Source: an uncultured Gemmatimonadales bacterium (GTDB lineage Bacteria; Gemmatimonadota; Gemmatimonadetes; Gemmatimonadales; GWC2-71-9). Taken from it: 64,000 bases of DNA. The position numbers were made by a program, and so were the translations under genes. The notes under the pieces are model-generated. The model was not told the DNA's origin, did not search any database, and saw only the letters and a list, made by a program, of their open reading frames with translations. The stretch spans positions 205,990 to 269,989 of the forward strand of contig CAWILD010000012.1 in assembly GCA_963836815.1 (NCBI GenBank), written 5' to 3'. Below, in pieces: positions 1-8,328 of the stretch. Numbering within the stretch: position 1 is the stretch's first letter; every line of letters starts with the position of its first letter.

Positions 1-494
1 AGCTCTGCGAACCGGGTCCGGACCGCCATCGCGCTGAAGATCGTGCCCACCGCGACGAAGCCGATGGTGGCCAGCACCGTGACCCCGACGATGCCGGGCA
101 GCGCTCTGCCCAAGTCCACGTTGAAGAACAGCACGAAAAGCGGCAGCGTCACCGCCTCGACGGTCCCGACGAAGGCGAGGTTGGCGAGCAGCTTTCCCAG
201 GAACAGCGCCTCGCGCGGGACTGGCGCCAGGAGCAGCCCGTCGAGCGCCCCGTTCTCCCGCTCGATGGTGAACGCGCGATTGAGCGCCACCATGGCGGCC
301 AGTGCGAAGGTCACCCACAGGACGCTCGGGGCCAGGTCCACCGCCGCGATCGCGGTCGGGTCGCGAGCGAAGTTGAACACCACCAGGACCAGCGCCGCGA
401 AGACCGTCGCGGAGAGGAGGGCGGTCCGGCTTCGGAGCTCCGCCCGCACGTCCTTGGCGGCGATGGCGAGCGCCAGGCGAACCGCCTCACGCAC
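1..494 (-). CDS. ABC-2/CcmB-family (heme-exporter-B-like) membrane permease; 3' end runs off the window
   Basis: Not in the ORF track because it is open at the window edge. Reverse-strand translation from GTG 494-492 gives VREAVRLALAIAAKDVRAELRSRTALLSATVFAALVLVVFNF...ALDGLLLAPVPREALFLGKLLANLAF..., a hydrophobic CcmB-like sequence. Its start overlaps the stop of the upstream ATPase by 8 nt. Confidence 0.6.
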   Translation of the reverse strand, partial: MREAVRLALAIAAKDVRAELRSRTALLSATVFAALVLVVFNFARDPTAIAAVDLAPSVLWVTFALAAMVALNRAFTIERENGALDGLLLAPVPREALFLGKLLANLAFVGTVEAVTLPLFVLFFNVDLGRALPGIVGVTVLATIGFVAVGTIFSAMAVRTRFAE

Positions 495-1206
495 CGATCA
501 ACCCGTGGTAGCGGGGAAGGAAGTCCTCCACCGACCCGGCGCGCGTTTCCACCGCGGCCCAGCGACCGTCCACCAGCACCGCGACACGGTTCGCCACGGT
601 CCACACCTCACTCAGGTGGTGGGTGACGATGACCACCCCGAGACCCTCGGCCAATCTTCGCCGCAGCTCCTCTCGCAGTCGCTCAGCCGATGCCGCGTCG
701 AGTCCCGTGAAGGGCTCATCCAGCAGCAGCACCCGGGGTTGGTGGAGCAGCGCGCGGGCTATTGCGGCCCGCTGGGTGAGGCCGCGACTCAATCGCCGGG
801 GTGATTCATCGGCCCGGTTGGCCAAGCCGGCCGCTTCCAGCGCGGCGAGAGACGCCTCGCGCGGACGCTCCAGACCGTAGAGCGTGGCCGCGAACATCAG
901 GTTCTCGAGCAGCGTGAGGTCGTCGTACAGCAGCGACTGGTGGGACACGAGGCCCAGGGCGCGCCGTACCTCGCCCTCGCCTCGAGCCAGCGGATGCCCG
1001 AGGACCCGGACCTCGCCGGACGTCGGCCGCATCAGGCCGGCGAGCAGCCGAAGGAGCGTGGTCTTCCCCGCTCCGTTGGGCCCCGCTACGGCCAGCGCTT
1101 CGCCCGGCGCGAGGGCCAGATCGATGTCCCGGAGTACTCGCCTGCGCCCGAAGGACCGCCCAAGTCCGCGGGCCTCGAGCAGAGGGCCGTCAGAGGACGG
1201 CATCAA
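487..1206 (-). CDS. ABC transporter ATP-binding protein (CcmA-like)
   Basis: 239-aa track ORF with Walker [10 protein letters not shown], signature LSRGLTQR and Walker B LLLDEP. It is coupled to the CcmB-like permease. Confidence 0.85.
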   Translation of the reverse strand: MMPSSDGPLLEARGLGRSFGRRRVLRDIDLALAPGEALAVAGPNGAGKTTLLRLLAGLMRPTSGEVRVLGHPLARGEGEVRRALGLVSHQSLLYDDLTLLENLMFAATLYGLERPREASLAALEAAGLANRADESPRRLSRGLTQRAAIARALLHQPRVLLLDEPFTGLDAASAERLREELRRRLAEGLGVVIVTHHLSEVWTVANRVAVLVDGRWAAVETRAGSVEDFLPRYHGLIGA

Positions 1207-1558
1207 TACGGGCGCCGAGCTCGTCGAGACGGAAGGGTTTGACGATGTAACCGGAATGGGGGAGATCGAGGACCTTGAGCTGGGGCTCGATGCTCATGTA
1301 GGCCGTGGTGATGATCACGGGGAGCTCGGGCAGATCCACGCGAATGCGACGCAACAGGTCGACGCCGTCCGTGTCGGGCAGCCGCATATCCAGCACCGCG
1401 ACGTCTGGCCGTTGTTGCTTGAGCAGTTCCAGCGCCTCGGCGCCGGTCGATGCGAAGACCAGGTCGTAACGGGGCCGGAACGCACGCTCGTAACTCAATC
1501 GCAACGCCGGCTCATCCTCGACGATCAGGACTCGTCGGCGGCGGGACGGCTGGGTCAT
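1190..1558 (-). CDS. stand-alone response regulator receiver (CheY-like) protein
   Basis: 122 aa: VLIVEDEP...DVAVLDMRLPDTDG...IVKPF. There is no output domain. It overlaps the ATPase start by 17 nt. Confidence 0.85.
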   Translation of the reverse strand: MTQPSRRRRVLIVEDEPALRLSYERAFRPRYDLVFASTGAEALELLKQQRPDVAVLDMRLPDTDGVDLLRRIRVDLPELPVIITTAYMSIEPQLKVLDLPHSGYIVKPFRLDELGARIDAVL

Positions 1559-1650
1559 TCCGCTGCCCCCAGGGGAAAGGCGTACACTAACGCCTTCCCG
1601 AGGGGTCGTCCATAGTGCGAGCGCGGCGCTCCGTGCTGCGGAGCGCTCGC

Positions 1651-1959
1651 TCAGGCATCATCGAGCTCGAAGAGGTCGGAGAGTTTCGTGAGTACGAGGA
1701 GGAAACGGATCTCCTCGCTGGCGTGCCGTAGGGCCACCGCCTGTCGGCGCTCGGACGCATGACGCTGGATCAGCATCAGGACGCCCAGTCCGGCCGAGTC
1801 GATCTCACGGGTGTAGGAGAGGTCGATCACCAGCCGCCCGGAACCTTCGGGCATCTCGTCGAGCAGCTGGCTCGCAGCCTTCCGTATTTCGACCCGGGTG
1901 TTCAACCCGAGCCGCTCGGGCGCGGTCAGTCCGCGCACCACGTCCTGCGGGGTCCTCAT
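1651..1959 (-). CDS. STAS-domain protein (anti-sigma-factor antagonist family)
   Basis: 102 aa with the motif LVIDLSYTREIDSAGLGVLMLIQ, typical of SpoIIAA/STAS. Confidence 0.8.
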   Translation of the reverse strand: MRTPQDVVRGLTAPERLGLNTRVEIRKAASQLLDEMPEGSGRLVIDLSYTREIDSAGLGVLMLIQRHASERRQAVALRHASEEIRFLLVLTKLSDLFELDDA

Positions 1960-2102
1960 CCATCCTCCTTCGGCACCGAGCTATCTCACCGAGTTGCGTG
2001 GCGAGACCTCTAGTTTTGCGGCCCCGGATCACTCCGGGTGTGCTCTTATCGGGCGGATCGACGCCTGGCCGCCGGCATGACGCGGCTGCGCATCGGAGAA
2101 GG

Positions 2103-2117
2103 GCGAGTCTGGTGCCA
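2103..2117 (-). promoter_or_regulatory. weak sigma-54-like -24/-12 motif (TGGCAC-N5-TCGC) upstream of the STAS/RR/ABC operon
   Basis: The reverse strand reads TGGCACcagacTCGC with correct GG-N10-GC spacing, about 145 nt upstream of the STAS start. The -12 element is imperfect. Confidence 0.25.
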
Positions 2118-2273
2118 GTGGGGGCAAGTTGATGGACTGATATGAGTTGAGACTATGCCCAGACCCGCTAGTGCGACTGCTTGCGTAGTACTCCGCGGCA
2201 TTCTACTGCAAAGGACCGGGGATGGTAAGAAGGGGGGTGCTGCGGGGAGATATGCGCAACTCGCCGCACTTCT

Positions 2274-4226
2274 CTAGAACTGGATCTGCGCTCCCAGCTC
2301 CACCACGCGGTTCGGCGGGATGTTGAAGAACGCGGTCGCGGACTGTGCGTTCCGGGCCATGAAGATGAACAGCTTCTTTCGCCAGCGGGCCATCGAGGCC
2401 ACGGGTGGGGTCGGCGACCCCGCCGGCGGTGGCGGCCCCGTTCGCGGGCGCCTTTCGGCGAGGATCAGTGTCTCGCGGCCTAGATAGTAGGAGGTGTTCG
2501 GCAGTTTGACGGCCACCGGCTTTCCGTCGGCGTCACCCCGCGCCAACAGCCGGAGCACGCCGGGAACGTCCGGCGTCTCCATGAACCCATAGCGGGCCAC
2601 CACCTGGTAGAAGGACTCCCCCAGCTCCTTGCAAACCACCCGCTCATCGAGGTCCAGGTGGGGTAGCTCCTCGGTGACGACCGACAACAGCATCACCTTC
2701 TCGTGCAACACCTGGTTGTGTTTCAGGTGATGCAGGAGAACCGCGGGAGCGCCGTTGGAGTGCGGGGTGAGGAACACGGCGGTCCCATGCACTCGGGCTG
2801 GCTTCCGCCGGTGGATGTCCTGGAGGAAGAGCTCTATGGGGAGGGTGTTCTCCTGCACGATCCCCTCCAGCCGTACCCTCCCCTTCTTCCAGGTGGACAT
2901 CAGCACGTAGACGATGATCGCCACGACCAGCGGCACCCAGCCGCCGTCCGGGATCTTGAGCAGGTTGGCGCCGACGAAGGACAGATCCACGAGCAAGAAC
3001 ACCGACGTCAGCGCGGCGATCGCCCACGGACTCCACCCCCACCTCTTGTAAGCCACCACGGCGAGCAGGATGTTCGTGATTGCCATGGTCATGGCGACGG
3101 CGATGCCGTAGGCCGCCGCCAGGCTGCTCGACGTGCCGAAGCCGACCACCAGCCCGAGGCAGGCGATCATGAGCATGGTGTTGACGGTGGGGATGTAGAT
3201 CTGGCCGATATGGGTGGTGGAGGTGTGGACGATCCGCATCCTCGGACAGTAGCCCAGCTGCACCGCCTGTCGGGTGAGGGAGAACGCCCCCGAGATCAGC
3301 GCCTGCGACGCGACCACGGCCGCGGCCGTCGCGACCACCACCATCGGGTAGAGCGCCCATTCGGGGACCAGAGAGTAGAACGGGTTCTTCGCCGCCGAGG
3401 GATCGTGCAGCAGGTAGGCACCCTGCCCGAAGTAGTTCAGCACCAGCGCCGGCAGCACCACCATGAACCAGGCGACCCGAATCGGTCGGCGGCCGAAGTG
3501 ACCCATGTCGGCGTAGAGGGCCTCGCCTCCGGTGACCACCAGAACGACCGAGGCCAGGATGGTAAGCCCCCCGGTTCCCTCCCGCCGGAAGAAGTCGATG
3601 GCGTGCCACGGATTGAGCGCCTGCAGCACAGCGGGCTCCCGCACGATCCCGTGGATCCCGAGCAGCGCGATGCAGACGAACCAGACGGCGGTGATCGGAC
3701 CGAACACCGCGCCGACCCCGGCGGTCCCGCGTTTCTGAAAGGCGAAGAGCGCGAGGATGATCCCGAACGCGACCGGCACGACCCAGTGGGACAGCGCCGG
3801 GGTGGCGACGGCGAGGCCCTCGACCGCACCCAGCACGGAGATCGCCGGGGTGATGATGCCATCGCCGTAGAGGAGCGCGGCGCCGAACAGCCCGACCGCG
3901 ACCAGCAGACGCCCTGCCGTCGTGAGACTCCCGCTCGGTCGGGCCAGCGCCAGCAAGGCGAGAATCCCGCCCTCGCCGCGGTTGTCGGCCCGCATGACGA
4001 TGGACAGGTACTTGAAGGTGACGACGAAATTCAGCGCCCAGAAGATGAGCGAGAGGATGCCGAGCACGTTCTCGGTGGACACGGGAAAGCTGTGCGCCCC
4101 GGAGAAGCTCTCCTTGAGCGCATACAGCGGACTGGTCCCGATGTCACCGTAAACGACCCCGAGCGCTCCAAGCGCGAGCGTTGCCAGCGCTCGGCCGGAG
4201 GGCGGAGCCTTGGAGGTGGCGGACAC
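2274..4226 (-). CDS. kup: KUP-family potassium uptake transporter
   Basis: 650-aa uninterrupted ORF. The N-terminus LGALGVVYGDIGTSPLYALKE is the Kup/HAK/KT signature. It has about 12 TM segments and a cytoplasmic C-domain. Confidence 0.95.
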   Translation of the reverse strand: MSATSKAPPSGRALATLALGALGVVYGDIGTSPLYALKESFSGAHSFPVSTENVLGILSLIFWALNFVVTFKYLSIVMRADNRGEGGILALLALARPSGSLTTAGRLLVAVGLFGAALLYGDGIITPAISVLGAVEGLAVATPALSHWVVPVAFGIILALFAFQKRGTAGVGAVFGPITAVWFVCIALLGIHGIVREPAVLQALNPWHAIDFFRREGTGGLTILASVVLVVTGGEALYADMGHFGRRPIRVAWFMVVLPALVLNYFGQGAYLLHDPSAAKNPFYSLVPEWALYPMVVVATAAAVVASQALISGAFSLTRQAVQLGYCPRMRIVHTSTTHIGQIYIPTVNTMLMIACLGLVVGFGTSSSLAAAYGIAVAMTMAITNILLAVVAYKRWGWSPWAIAALTSVFLLVDLSFVGANLLKIPDGGWVPLVVAIIVYVLMSTWKKGRVRLEGIVQENTLPIELFLQDIHRRKPARVHGTAVFLTPHSNGAPAVLLHHLKHNQVLHEKVMLLSVVTEELPHLDLDERVVCKELGESFYQVVARYGFMETPDVPGVLRLLARGDADGKPVAVKLPNTSYYLGRETLILAERRPRTGPPPPAGSPTPPVASMARWRKKLFIFMARNAQSATAFFNIPPNRVVELGAQIQF

Positions 4227-4247
4227 GCTAGTAGTTTGGATCCAAGC

Positions 4248-4907
4248 TCAATTGGTGGCGCGGGGGGCCAGGGAGTCCACCAGTCGGGCGATCGCGTCGG
4301 AATCGATCCTGCCGCGATACAATCGGTCGCCGACCAGAAGCGTCGGGGTCGAGCCCACGCCCAACCGAGTCCCTTCTTCGTAGCTGGCCTGAATCCGACC
4401 CGCATATTTGCCGGACTTCATGCAATCGTCATAGCGGCCGAGGTCGAGGCCGACGGCGCGGGCGTACTCCCGGAAATGATCCGCGGCATCGCCACCGGCC
4501 CACTCGCCCTGCCCCTGATAGATCCGGTCGTGCTGCTGCCAATACTTGCCCTGCTCGTCGGCGCAGGCGGCCGAATGCGCCGCCAACCGGGCGAACTGGT
4601 GCTGCTGAAGCGGGAAGTCGCGATAGCGCCAGCGCAGTCGGCCGGTCCGGATCAGCCGCTCCTCGATCGTGGGCATCTGCAGGGTCGCAAACGTCTGGCA
4701 GAACGGGCACTGGTAGTCGGCGAACTCGGTGATCTCGACCGGCGCGCTCTCCGAGCCCTTGATGTATCCCCGGAACCCGGCCGTGTCGGACGCCTGGACG
4801 GTCACGTTGGCCGGCACGCTTAAGGTCTTGGGCCGGCTCATCAGGTACCCGAGAAGCCCGAGGCCGACGACCGCCACCCCAGCCAGGATGGCATAGAAGC
4901 GCTTCAT
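4248..4907 (-). CDS. DsbA-family thiol:disulfide oxidoreductase, membrane anchored
   Basis: CxxC motif in DYQCPFCQTF and an N-terminal TM segment. I prefer the ATG at 4907 (MKRFYAILAGV...), which forms an ATGA overlap with the upstream ORF. The track start is 4928. Confidence 0.85.
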   Translation of the reverse strand: MKRFYAILAGVAVVGLGLLGYLMSRPKTLSVPANVTVQASDTAGFRGYIKGSESAPVEITEFADYQCPFCQTFATLQMPTIEERLIRTGRLRWRYRDFPLQQHQFARLAAHSAACADEQGKYWQQHDRIYQGQGEWAGGDAADHFREYARAVGLDLGRYDDCMKSGKYAGRIQASYEEGTRLGVGSTPTLLVGDRLYRGRIDSDAIARLVDSLAPRATN

Positions 4908-5209
4908 TCCGTCGGGCGTTGCCGCCATGGCTCGTCATCCTCCGGCTCGTCTGGGGAATAGGGATCCTGCCGCTGCGCGTCCTCGACGATCCGCCGGCTG
5001 TCCGCGACTTCGGGCGTATCGTAAGTGCTCCTGACCTCGTAATGAAACAGCTCGGATCTGGCATCCCCCATCATTCGCAGCAGTTCGGGGGCCCCGCCGA
5101 GAAGCTGACCCTCGCGATCCAGTTCCTGGATGCGGTTGGCCAGCGCCCGAAGCAGGTCCGCCAGCCGGTCTGCCCGAGCCTGGTCATAGACTTCATCGTG
5201 CTCTGCCAT
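4904..5209 (-). CDS. hypothetical acidic protein
   Basis: Internal ATG of the 160-aa track ORF (MAEHDEVYDQARADRLADLLRALANRIQELDREGQ...). The composition looks coding. No recognisable family. Confidence 0.5.
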   Translation of the reverse strand: MAEHDEVYDQARADRLADLLRALANRIQELDREGQLLGGAPELLRMMGDARSELFHYEVRSTYDTPEVADSRRIVEDAQRQDPYSPDEPEDDEPWRQRPTE

Positions 5210-5314
5210 GGCTACCTCGAGGACCGGGTCGTCCTCGGTTGGGTTCGAATGGACGCTGACGGAAAAGATAATGAAAGGCGGGTGTGGAGGCTGTCCGAGC
5301 ACGACCTGAAACCG

Positions 5315-5330
5315 TGGCACCGAATTAGCT
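5315..5330 (+). promoter_or_regulatory. candidate sigma-54 -24/-12 promoter (TGGCAC-N5-TAGCT)
   Basis: TGGCACcgaatTAGCT with exact GG-N10-GC spacing, 114 nt upstream of the ATG at 5444, in a lower-GC divergent intergenic region. Confidence 0.3.
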
Positions 5331-5363
5331 GTTAGGGCTGCGTGGAATGTGACTTGGAAGCCT

Positions 5364-5381
5364 TTGCACCATTTGGTGCAA
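5364..5381. promoter_or_regulatory. perfect 8+2+8 palindrome TTGCACCA-TT-TGGTGCAA (NtrC-site-like)
   Basis: Read directly from the sequence. The arms match the enterobacterial NtrC half-site TGCACCA / TGGTGCA, but the spacer is 2 nt rather than 3. Confidence 0.4.
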
Positions 5382-5443
5382 TCCAATTATATTCCCACGG
5401 GTACCCCCTTGGAACCGTGCCTCCGGGCCGCGAAAGGACCTGC

Positions 5444-5710
5444 ATGAACAAGAAGAAACTCCGGCGTGAACCCGAAGCGGTGTCGTTTGCCCAGGCCCGT
5501 GACGAGCTGTTCAGTCACATTCTCCGCTGCGGGGTCATCGATGCCCTTCCGGAGCACCAGAAGGACTGGCTGGATGACACGATGCTGTATCTCGCTGACA
5601 GATATGAAGATCTCGGCGAGGACGAGCGGAGCCAGTTGCGCGTCCTGGGCGAGCGTTTCTGCCAGCCCGTTCAGCGCAAGGCCGAGCCAGTCGAGACGGG
5701 CGCCGCCTGA
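5444..5710 (+). CDS. hypothetical protein (88 aa)
   Basis: Internal ATG of the track ORF 5342..5710 (MNKKKLRREPEAVSFAQARDELFSHILRCGVIDALPEHQKDW...). It is followed by a strong terminator. Confidence 0.5.
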   Translation: MNKKKLRREPEAVSFAQARDELFSHILRCGVIDALPEHQKDWLDDTMLYLADRYEDLGEDERSQLRVLGERFCQPVQRKAEPVETGAA

Positions 5711-5728
5711 GCCTGACTGATGTGACGC

Positions 5729-5770
5729 AACGCCCCGGGGCCTGACCGCCCCGGGGCGTTTCTTATTTGA
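5729..5770. terminator. bidirectional intrinsic terminator between convergent genes
   Basis: 12-bp perfect stem AACGCCCCGGGG / CCCCGGGGCGTT with an 8-nt loop, followed by TTCTTATTT. Confidence 0.65.
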
Positions 5771-6212
5771 GGAAGCGCCAGCGATAGCCGCCGGCTATTC
5801 GTATGCCCCCTCCCACCCCGCCCTCCACAAACCAACCGGTTGCTCCCCCGGGCCGTGCCTCCAGGCCCAAGGTCACCACCATGTACCCCTCGTCCTCGAC
5901 TCCGCCCACTCCAGCTATTCCGGCCGCGGCGTACGCGCCGATCCCGCTGCGTAGCGTGGGGGCGAGGAGGAAGTGCGCCAGCAGCTCACCCCGCCAGGCC
6001 GTCTGCCCTCCCGACCCGCCGACGCCGGCGGCGGCCGAGATCCGGAACCGGTGGGAGACCCGCATCGCGGCATAGCCTGCGCCCACTAGCAGCGCCGGAT
6101 CGGACGCGGTGCCGATGGCCTGCACGCCAAGCTCGTAATGCTGCTGGGCCGGGAGCGGGGCCGCGGCGATCGGTGCCGCCGCGGCCAGCACCCTAGCCCA
6201 GCGCCAGCGCAT
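5763..6212 (-). CDS. hypothetical secreted Gly/Ala-rich protein (possible small beta-barrel)
   Basis: ATG at 6212 gives MRWRWARVLAAAAPIAAAPLPAQQ (signal peptide), then alternating Gly/Ala/aromatic strands ending in RWRFLK. Confidence 0.5.
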   Translation of the reverse strand: MRWRWARVLAAAAPIAAAPLPAQQHYELGVQAIGTASDPALLVGAGYAAMRVSHRFRISAAAGVGGSGGQTAWRGELLAHFLLAPTLRSGIGAYAAAGIAGVGGVEDEGYMVVTLGLEARPGGATGWFVEGGVGGGIRIAGGYRWRFLK

Positions 6213-6600
6213 AGGTGATGCGTATGTCCGGGGCCAGGGAACTGATGACCGAGCAGTACTTCTCCAGCGAGAGATCGATGGCGCGCCGGGCGCGGGCCTC
6301 GTCGATGCCTTCGCCGGCCAGATGGTACTCCAGATGGATGGCGGTGTAGCGGCGCGGCTCCTCCTCCCGCCGGGTGCCGGCCGCCTCCACACGGAGCTCG
6401 CGCGGCGGCCGCCGCATCTTTCCCAGGATGAGCACTACATCCGACGCGGTGCAGGAGGCCACGGCGAGAAGCAGTTGCAGCATCGGTCCCGGCGCCGTCG
6501 TGTTGTCCCCGTCGATGACCGTCTCGTGGCCGCCGGCCTCGCCGCGAAAAACCAGATCCCCCGTCCAATGCAGCGTCACCCGCTTCGTCTCGCCCGTCAT
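6193..6600 (-). CDS. OsmC/Ohr-family peroxiredoxin-like protein
   Basis: MTGETKRVTLHWTGDLVFRG...LLLAVASCTASDVV...LEKYCSVISSL with the two conserved Cys. ATGA overlap with the upstream gene. Confidence 0.85.
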   Translation of the reverse strand: MTGETKRVTLHWTGDLVFRGEAGGHETVIDGDNTTAPGPMLQLLLAVASCTASDVVLILGKMRRPPRELRVEAAGTRREEEPRRYTAIHLEYHLAGEGIDEARARRAIDLSLEKYCSVISSLAPDIRITYALALG

Positions 6601-7133
6601 CGCTTGCCGCCGCCCAGCGGTCGCTCGGCCGCGGAGGCGATCCGGTAGTAGTCCCAGATCGCGTAGACCGCGATCCCCGCGGTGGCCCAAGCCATCGGCC
6701 GCAACAGCTGGGAGTCGAGCAGGAAGGCGAGAAGGGTGAGCATCTGGGCCACGGTGACCGCTTTGCCTCCGGCCCGCGCGGGGATGGCCCGCGGACGATG
6801 GGAGAGGAACGTGGCCACGAAGGCGACGGTCGCCACGATGTCACGCAGCAGCAGGCCGACGATCTCGTAAAGCTGCAGCTTCCCGGAAAAGGCGACGACG
6901 CCGAAGGCCGAAGCCATGAAGAGCTTGTCCGCCACGGGATCGATGAGGCTGCCGAGGGACGAGCTGCCGAACCGCCGAGCGAGGGGCCCGTCGAGCAGGT
7001 CGGTTGCCGCGGCGACCGCCAGCACGCCCAGCCTCCACGGATTGGATACGAGGGGAAACGCGATGGCGAGCGGCACGCGCACGGCACTCACCAGGTCCGC
7101 TGCCGTCCAGCTGCGGCGACCTTGCTCCTCCAT
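6597..7133 (-). CDS. CDP-alcohol phosphatidyltransferase family protein
   Basis: Motif DLLDGPLARRFGSSSLGSLIDPVADK (D-G-x2-A-R...G...D-x3-D) and several TM segments. The start is taken at the MEEQGRR ATG. Confidence 0.8.
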   Translation of the reverse strand: MEEQGRRSWTAADLVSAVRVPLAIAFPLVSNPWRLGVLAVAAATDLLDGPLARRFGSSSLGSLIDPVADKLFMASAFGVVAFSGKLQLYEIVGLLLRDIVATVAFVATFLSHRPRAIPARAGGKAVTVAQMLTLLAFLLDSQLLRPMAWATAGIAVYAIWDYYRIASAAERPLGGGKR

Positions 7134-7236
7134 TGGGCGGGGGCTAGTTTCGGTCACCTTGCTCCTTTCGCCGGCAGGGGGCCGGGATCCATCGCGACCT
7201 GGCGTACAAGATACTCGTCGCCAAGTCCATCCGCTG

Positions 7237-8010
7237 ATGATGCTCGATACCGCTGTCATACCGTGCGGCGGGCTCGGGACCCGCCTCCACCCCATCACCC
7301 GCTGGCTTCCCAAGGAAACGCTGCCGGTCGCGTTGCGGCCCGTGTTGCATTGGGCCTTGGACGAAGCCGCCGATGCCGGTCTCCTTCGGGCGATCGTCGT
7401 CACCAATCCGCACAAGCCGATACTGGAGGCGGTCGCGCGCAGCTACCCGGGACCTCTCGACCTGGAGTTCGTCCCGCAGGACCATCCGCGAGGCCTGGGT
7501 GATGCGCTGCTTCGCGCCCGCGATCACCTCGCGGGCTCGCCGTTCGTGACCATCCTGCCCGACAACCTCTTCCAGGGGCCCAACCCGACGGCGGCGGTCC
7601 TCGGCACCCATCGCGCCACCGGACTCGCCACCGTGCTGCTGGCCGAGATCTCCCGCGAGGAGGCTGCGACCAAGGGCGCGACCGGGCGTGCTTCCATTCG
7701 CCGTGAAGCGGACGGCACGATTCGGGTCACCGGGATCGCCGAGAAGGGCGAGGGGCGGTTCGATCCCGCGGGCCAGGACTCGGCAGTGACTCCGATCGGG
7801 CGGATGGCATTTCCCGGCGGCATTCTGGAGGAGTTCGAGGCGGTGGGACGCTCATTGCCTCCCGGCGCGGAGCTGGACGACGTGCCCGTCATGCAGCGCC
7901 TGGCCGGCCGAGGCGCGCTGGCGGGCACGATGAACCGCGCGAGGTTCTACGACGTCGGCGTGCCCGAGGGGTATCGCGACGCGGTTGCCGCCTTCCCGCC
8001 GCGGGCCTGA
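7237..8010 (+). CDS. sugar-1-phosphate nucleotidyltransferase (GalU/UTP-glucose-1-phosphate uridylyltransferase-like)
   Basis: MMLDTAVIPCGGLGTRLHPITRWLPKETLPV (G-x-G-T-R-x-x-P...K motif) within track ORF 6916..8010. The upstream part of that ORF is antisense to the neighbouring gene. Confidence 0.75.
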   Translation: MMLDTAVIPCGGLGTRLHPITRWLPKETLPVALRPVLHWALDEAADAGLLRAIVVTNPHKPILEAVARSYPGPLDLEFVPQDHPRGLGDALLRARDHLAGSPFVTILPDNLFQGPNPTAAVLGTHRATGLATVLLAEISREEAATKGATGRASIRREADGTIRVTGIAEKGEGRFDPAGQDSAVTPIGRMAFPGGILEEFEAVGRSLPPGAELDDVPVMQRLAGRGALAGTMNRARFYDVGVPEGYRDAVAAFPPRA

Positions 8011-8322
8011 TGGAGTCGGGCTACAACTCCCAGGTCGTGCTGCTGACCGAGCTCGTCTCGGCCAAGCTGCCGGACGCCGACGGGCTCGCGGCGATGGTGG
8101 TCGCCGCGTCGGGCGCGGTCGGGATGTTCGCGCTGGAACCACCCACAGTACGGGAAGAACCGAAAGGGATCGCGGTCGGGATGCTGTGCCGCGACGGTCA
8201 CATCGTGCTGCACGCTCGTGCCGGAAGAAGGGACCTGCCTGGTGGACATCGTGGCCCGGGCGCCGGCGGACGTCGGGCGCGGGATCGAGGTGATCATGCG
8301 CCGGCTGAGTCCTCCGGATTGA
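8010..8322 (+). pseudogene. S-adenosylmethionine-decarboxylase-like (SpeD/SpeH fold) small protein, apparent +1 frameshift near 8214-8218
   Basis: Frame 0 gives ...KGIAVGMLCRDGHIVLHA. The family-typical continuation VPEEGTCLVDIVARAPADVGRGIEVIMRRLSPPD* is in frame +1 and stops at 8320-8322, just before the convergent peptidase. The frame-0 tail to 8429 is Arg/Pro/Gly junk. Confidence 0.5.
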
Positions 8323-8328
8323 GTGCCG

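Noticed and set aside
43-804. 253-aa plus-strand ORF at the window start
   Set aside because: It is a Ser/Thr/Ala/Arg-rich shadow frame. The minus strand here encodes the CcmB-like permease and the Walker-motif ATPase.
2100-2273. Lower-GC 170-nt intergenic stretch as a possible small RNA gene
   Set aside because: I can see no conserved ncRNA signature (SRP, 6S, tmRNA, RNase P or tRNA motifs) and no terminator. It is more simply the promoter and leader region of the STAS operon plus the 3' flank of kup.
2703-4823. 706-aa ORF on the plus strand opposite kup and the dsbA-like gene
   Set aside because: Its composition is dominated by R/G/P/D/H with no hydrophobic core. It is exactly antisense to two genes with clear family signatures. 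This is the typical long shadow ORF of 70% GC DNA.
5225-5260. GGTTCGAAT, resembling a tRNA T-loop
   Set aside because: No acceptor, D or anticodon stems can be drawn around it, and there is no flanking CCA-compatible 3' end. It is an isolated match in a promoter region.
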